Assembly: GCF_963676685.1 (NCBI RefSeq)
Contig: NC_092353.1
Coordinates: 68,448,001-68,512,000, forward strand
Source: Mytilus edulis
Lineage: Eukaryota
DNA length: 64,000 nucleotides
Reading direction: 5' to 3'
The notes beneath the pieces were generated by a model that worked only from the letters and a program-made list of their open reading frames with translations, was not told where the DNA came from and did not search any database. The first letter of the stretch is position 1. Every line of letters begins with the position of its first letter. Of this stretch, positions 60,536-64,000 are shown one piece after another. The position numbers and the translations under genes were made by a program.

Positions 60536-62592
60536 TATTATTGTTATATACATTATATACATTCACGGATATACAATCTGTCTATACATGTATCTTGGCA
60601 TTGCACAAGGTCAATTAAGTTTTTCTCTGACTGTTTATGATGTCTTTACACTAAATCCATTGAATGTTGGATGTGTACTGATCGATAACTTAGTGTTAGA
60701 TGCATGATTTTTTATTACTTGTTAGTGGCTTTGAATTAGCTGTCAGTAAATGTGAGTAATCTCAGATCTGTACTAAGTGGCTTTTTTGTTGTTGGGATAT
60801 ACAAGTACCCGGCCACGTCCACTCTGTATCAGTATTTGCATTTGTATCCATCTGATTGGTCAAGCCTTTTTCAACTGATTTTTATAGTTCGTTCTTATGT
60901 TGTACTGTTACACCTCTGTCCCAGGTTAGAGGGAGGGTTGGGATCCCGCTAACATGTTTAATCCCGCCCCATTCTGTACGTATGTGCCAGGCTAAGTCAG
61001 GAGTGGTTGTCATTTTTTTTTTGGTGTGTTACATATTTGTTTTTCGTTCATATTTTGTCTTCAAAATAGGCCGTTAGTTTTCTCGTTTGAATTGTTTTAC
61101 ATTGTCATTTCGGAGCCTTTTATAGCTGACTATGTGGTATGGGCTTTGTGCATTGTTGAAGGCCGTATGTAACCTATAGTTGTTAATTTCTGTGTCAGTT
61201 GGTCTCTTGTTGAGTCAGAATGAGTTGTCTCATTGGCAATCATACCACATGGCAGGCTTCTATTTTATATTTATACTTGAATTAACACACACAGTTCTTG
61301 ATGATATATGTAGACCATTCTTGTTTGCTTATTTATCAGATACATCACATTTTTAATGATTTCCTTTCTTTTCAGTCTCCTTAAAATTTCAAAATTTAAT
61401 AAAGGGATCATAAATATCTTTGAAATTCTGAATTTTGAATCCTCATTGCTTTTCAACTTCATACATCATTTGGCCATTGTCACATGTTTGATTCAAGCGT
61501 TACTGGTCATAAACTGTGATTTATAACAATACAAAAACAAGTCTGCTATTAAAGGGGTGCATTTAGTGCCCATTGGAAAAGCCCTTTTTTCATATGAGAA
61601 AAGATTCGCCTACACTTAATTTTTATGTTCGACTGCTGCATGTATCTATCGAGCTAAATCCTTGATGAAACGTATGATACTTCAAATAATATGCATTCTA
61701 TGTTTCTGTTTTTATGTGTAAATCATGGTTAATATAAATTATAATTATATGTTACTTAATTATTAATTAACCGTGCCAGAAATTATGCTGGAAATTGCAA
61801 TACGTGTTTTATATATATAAATTTGCTGTTTTACGGGATAAAGTAAAGTGTTTCTTAGGTTTTCTGGTTTTGTATCGGATACGGATACTATCCTTTCACA
61901 GGTAACACCTGTCTCAGATATTATTTATTTACGTCATTTGTTAGATCACAGGTTGCACATACCGTGATTTAATTCACAACTTTACCGTTCAAGGTATCAC
62001 GTGACTAGCAACCTTCCATCGTTTACAATATGGAGGACGATATTAGCCAACTTTAATATTTTGTTTACATGTTAGAATTAATAAACCATGGATAGAGGTA
62101 ATTCTCATGAACATAAAACCAGTTGATATTCTCTGTCTCTCTCGCACAACTAAGATTGCACTAAGTATAAGTGTGACATACCATCAAATTTAACAGCCTG
62201 TTAAACAGGTGCCCGTTCGGAGTTCATAAAACTATTAGATTTTATTGATGCATTTTTTTTAATGTGAAAATTTAGAAATTGTAGTTGCAAGTTTAATACG
62301 ACACCACAACCTACTAGCTGAAAAAAACCCACAATGAAGAGAGGGGGGGGGGCTACCTAATGAAGCTCATTCACAGTATACACTTATAGGGTACAACAGG
62401 GGTCTGATCAAGGATCCTGCTTATTGTTCGTCAGATTCCTGTAATTCTCTCATATATATATGTAATAATATCGCTTGTCATGCAGTTAATCACAAGTTAG
62501 ACCACAATGAGATCAATTAACCAGTTGAATGGCTCATTGATCTTTTTTATTTACATTACCTGGGTCATAAACATTAATATAGCTCAGTTTGT

Positions 62593-63556
62593 GAGGGGGG
62601 ATAGGACATTTATCGGGACTCCGTGATCGGGTATTTTTAAGCTTAGGACTTCGGGATTGACCAGGGGTTTATCTGGGTATTTTGGGGAAAAGGACCCTGG
62701 CCAGTTTAGGGAATTTTTTAACGCGGTTTTCAATGAAATTGGGAAAAACAACCAATATACCAGATGTTAGTTTTAGTGGGATTAGTTCATAAAATTATTT
62801 TTTGTTGGTGAAAATAAAGTAAGGACTACACCTTCTTTGTTTTTTAAATATAAAAACATGGCATTTCAGTTTATTTGAGTATCAAAATAATGAGTTCCAG
62901 CTTCTTAAAGGATTGTTACATTTTTTTGATTTTGACATGAAAATTTGTGAAATAAAATATTTTAAGTTCTGTATAAAATATATCCTGTTTCTATTTTCTT
63001 TTTTATATATCTTTTAGTTTTCAATTTTAGTGTTGCTATGATAGCTGTCACATGTTTGGTTCTTTTCATTTTTTATTTACTGTATTTGATTGACAAACCC
63101 GGAATTATATACTTGTCCGTTTCCGGATTTGAACTGGTTTTAGTTTATTCCCACACTTTCTGTTTATTTATTAATGGCAGCCATTGTTTGTCAATGTTGT
63201 TTTCATTCAAACTTGGATTTACACATAACTTGTTGGCGATTTTTTTACATAAAGCTAGCGGTTGAATAAAATAAACATCTCTGTCATGAATAATAAAGAT
63301 TAAAATGAATTTTGTGATCATTTGGGAATTTTGCTGCCAAAATTGGGAAAAATGAAGGGTTTTTGCCGTTGGGAATGGGTCCGAATACCGGACCCTGTGG
63401 AATGCTAGAAAAATCCATGTTGACCCTTCCGGCATCCGGGAATTCTTTTTTTCAAATTTCGGGACCTCGGGATTTCGTGTCTTTAAGCCCGGGATTTCGG
63501 GATCTGGTGTTTTTAAGCCCTGGGTTTCAGGATCAGGACCCCTCCTACCCTCCCTC
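62593..63556. mobile_element. MITE with 6-bp TSD (GTTTGT) containing a nested ~760-bp CAGGG-terminated element (62662-63419, 5-bp TSD TTGAC)
   Basis: Outer TIR gaggggggatagga / tcctaccctccctc, inner imperfect TIR caggggtttatct / agaaaaatccatg. Confidence 0.7.
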
Positions 63557-63782
63557 GTTTGTGGAGTTCTAGGTTTGATTCCTGATGGTTCACAAGTAAA
63601 TTCAAATCTTCTAATGTTATATTGTAGATCACAAACTTAAACCAACATCATTAATAAAGTAATGCATGAATTGCTTGCAAGGCATATTGTTTGAACAACA
63701 TTCATTGAACAATTGTGAAAAAATTAAACACTTATAAATAATCAAGACTGAAATCTAATTTCAAAAAGTACTTATCATATGG

Positions 63783-63983
63783 GGGGGTCTCATTGGGGGG
63801 TTCTGATCCCGGATCCCGCAAACTGTTTTGTTAGATTCCTGTATCCCGCTTACACTATGTAGGTAAGCAATTTTCATTTTTTTGTAATTTCCCGTTTTCC
63901 CGGCACAAAAATTTGATTTTCACGTGTCACGCTTACAAAAAATCGGCAATCCCGCATCACGCTTAGACCCCAATGAGACCCAC
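63783..63983. mobile_element. Intact 201-bp MITE with 6-bp TSD (ATATGG)
   Basis: GGGGGTCTCATTGGGG ... CCCCAATGAGACCCAC, with ATATGG on both sides. Confidence 0.85.
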
Positions 63984-64000
63984 ATATGGATACCTGATTT

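Overview
AT-rich, repeat-dense eukaryotic genomic DNA. The repeat families and gene content point to a bivalve, probably a Mytilus mussel (from recollection of the repeats, not a search). Five protein-coding genes can be reconstructed. (1) A single-coding-exon protein with a C-terminal SOCS box (10022-11185, +). (2) CSDE1/Unr, with 17 coding exons, about 814 aa and one GC-AG intron (14310-31077, -). (3) CHMP2A/Vps2 (ESCRT-III), with 5 coding exons and 226 aa, head-to-head with CSDE1 (34388-41514, +). (4, 5) A tandem pair of Mab-21/cGAS-like receptor (cGLR) nucleotidyltransferases with intact catalytic residues (50207-51595 and 54691-56076, -). Each cGLR has its own homologous non-coding leader exon carrying an identical IRF-site-like motif, AAACGAAAGTA. 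The rest is MITEs (several nested, with clear TSDs), Helentron-like elements with satellite arrays, SINEs, a deleted Tc1 element, Penelope-like RT relics and hammerhead/retrozyme-like repeats. A recurring oddity is short copies of exon edges in the adjacent introns. Coordinates were read by eye and may be off by a few bases, especially for repeats.
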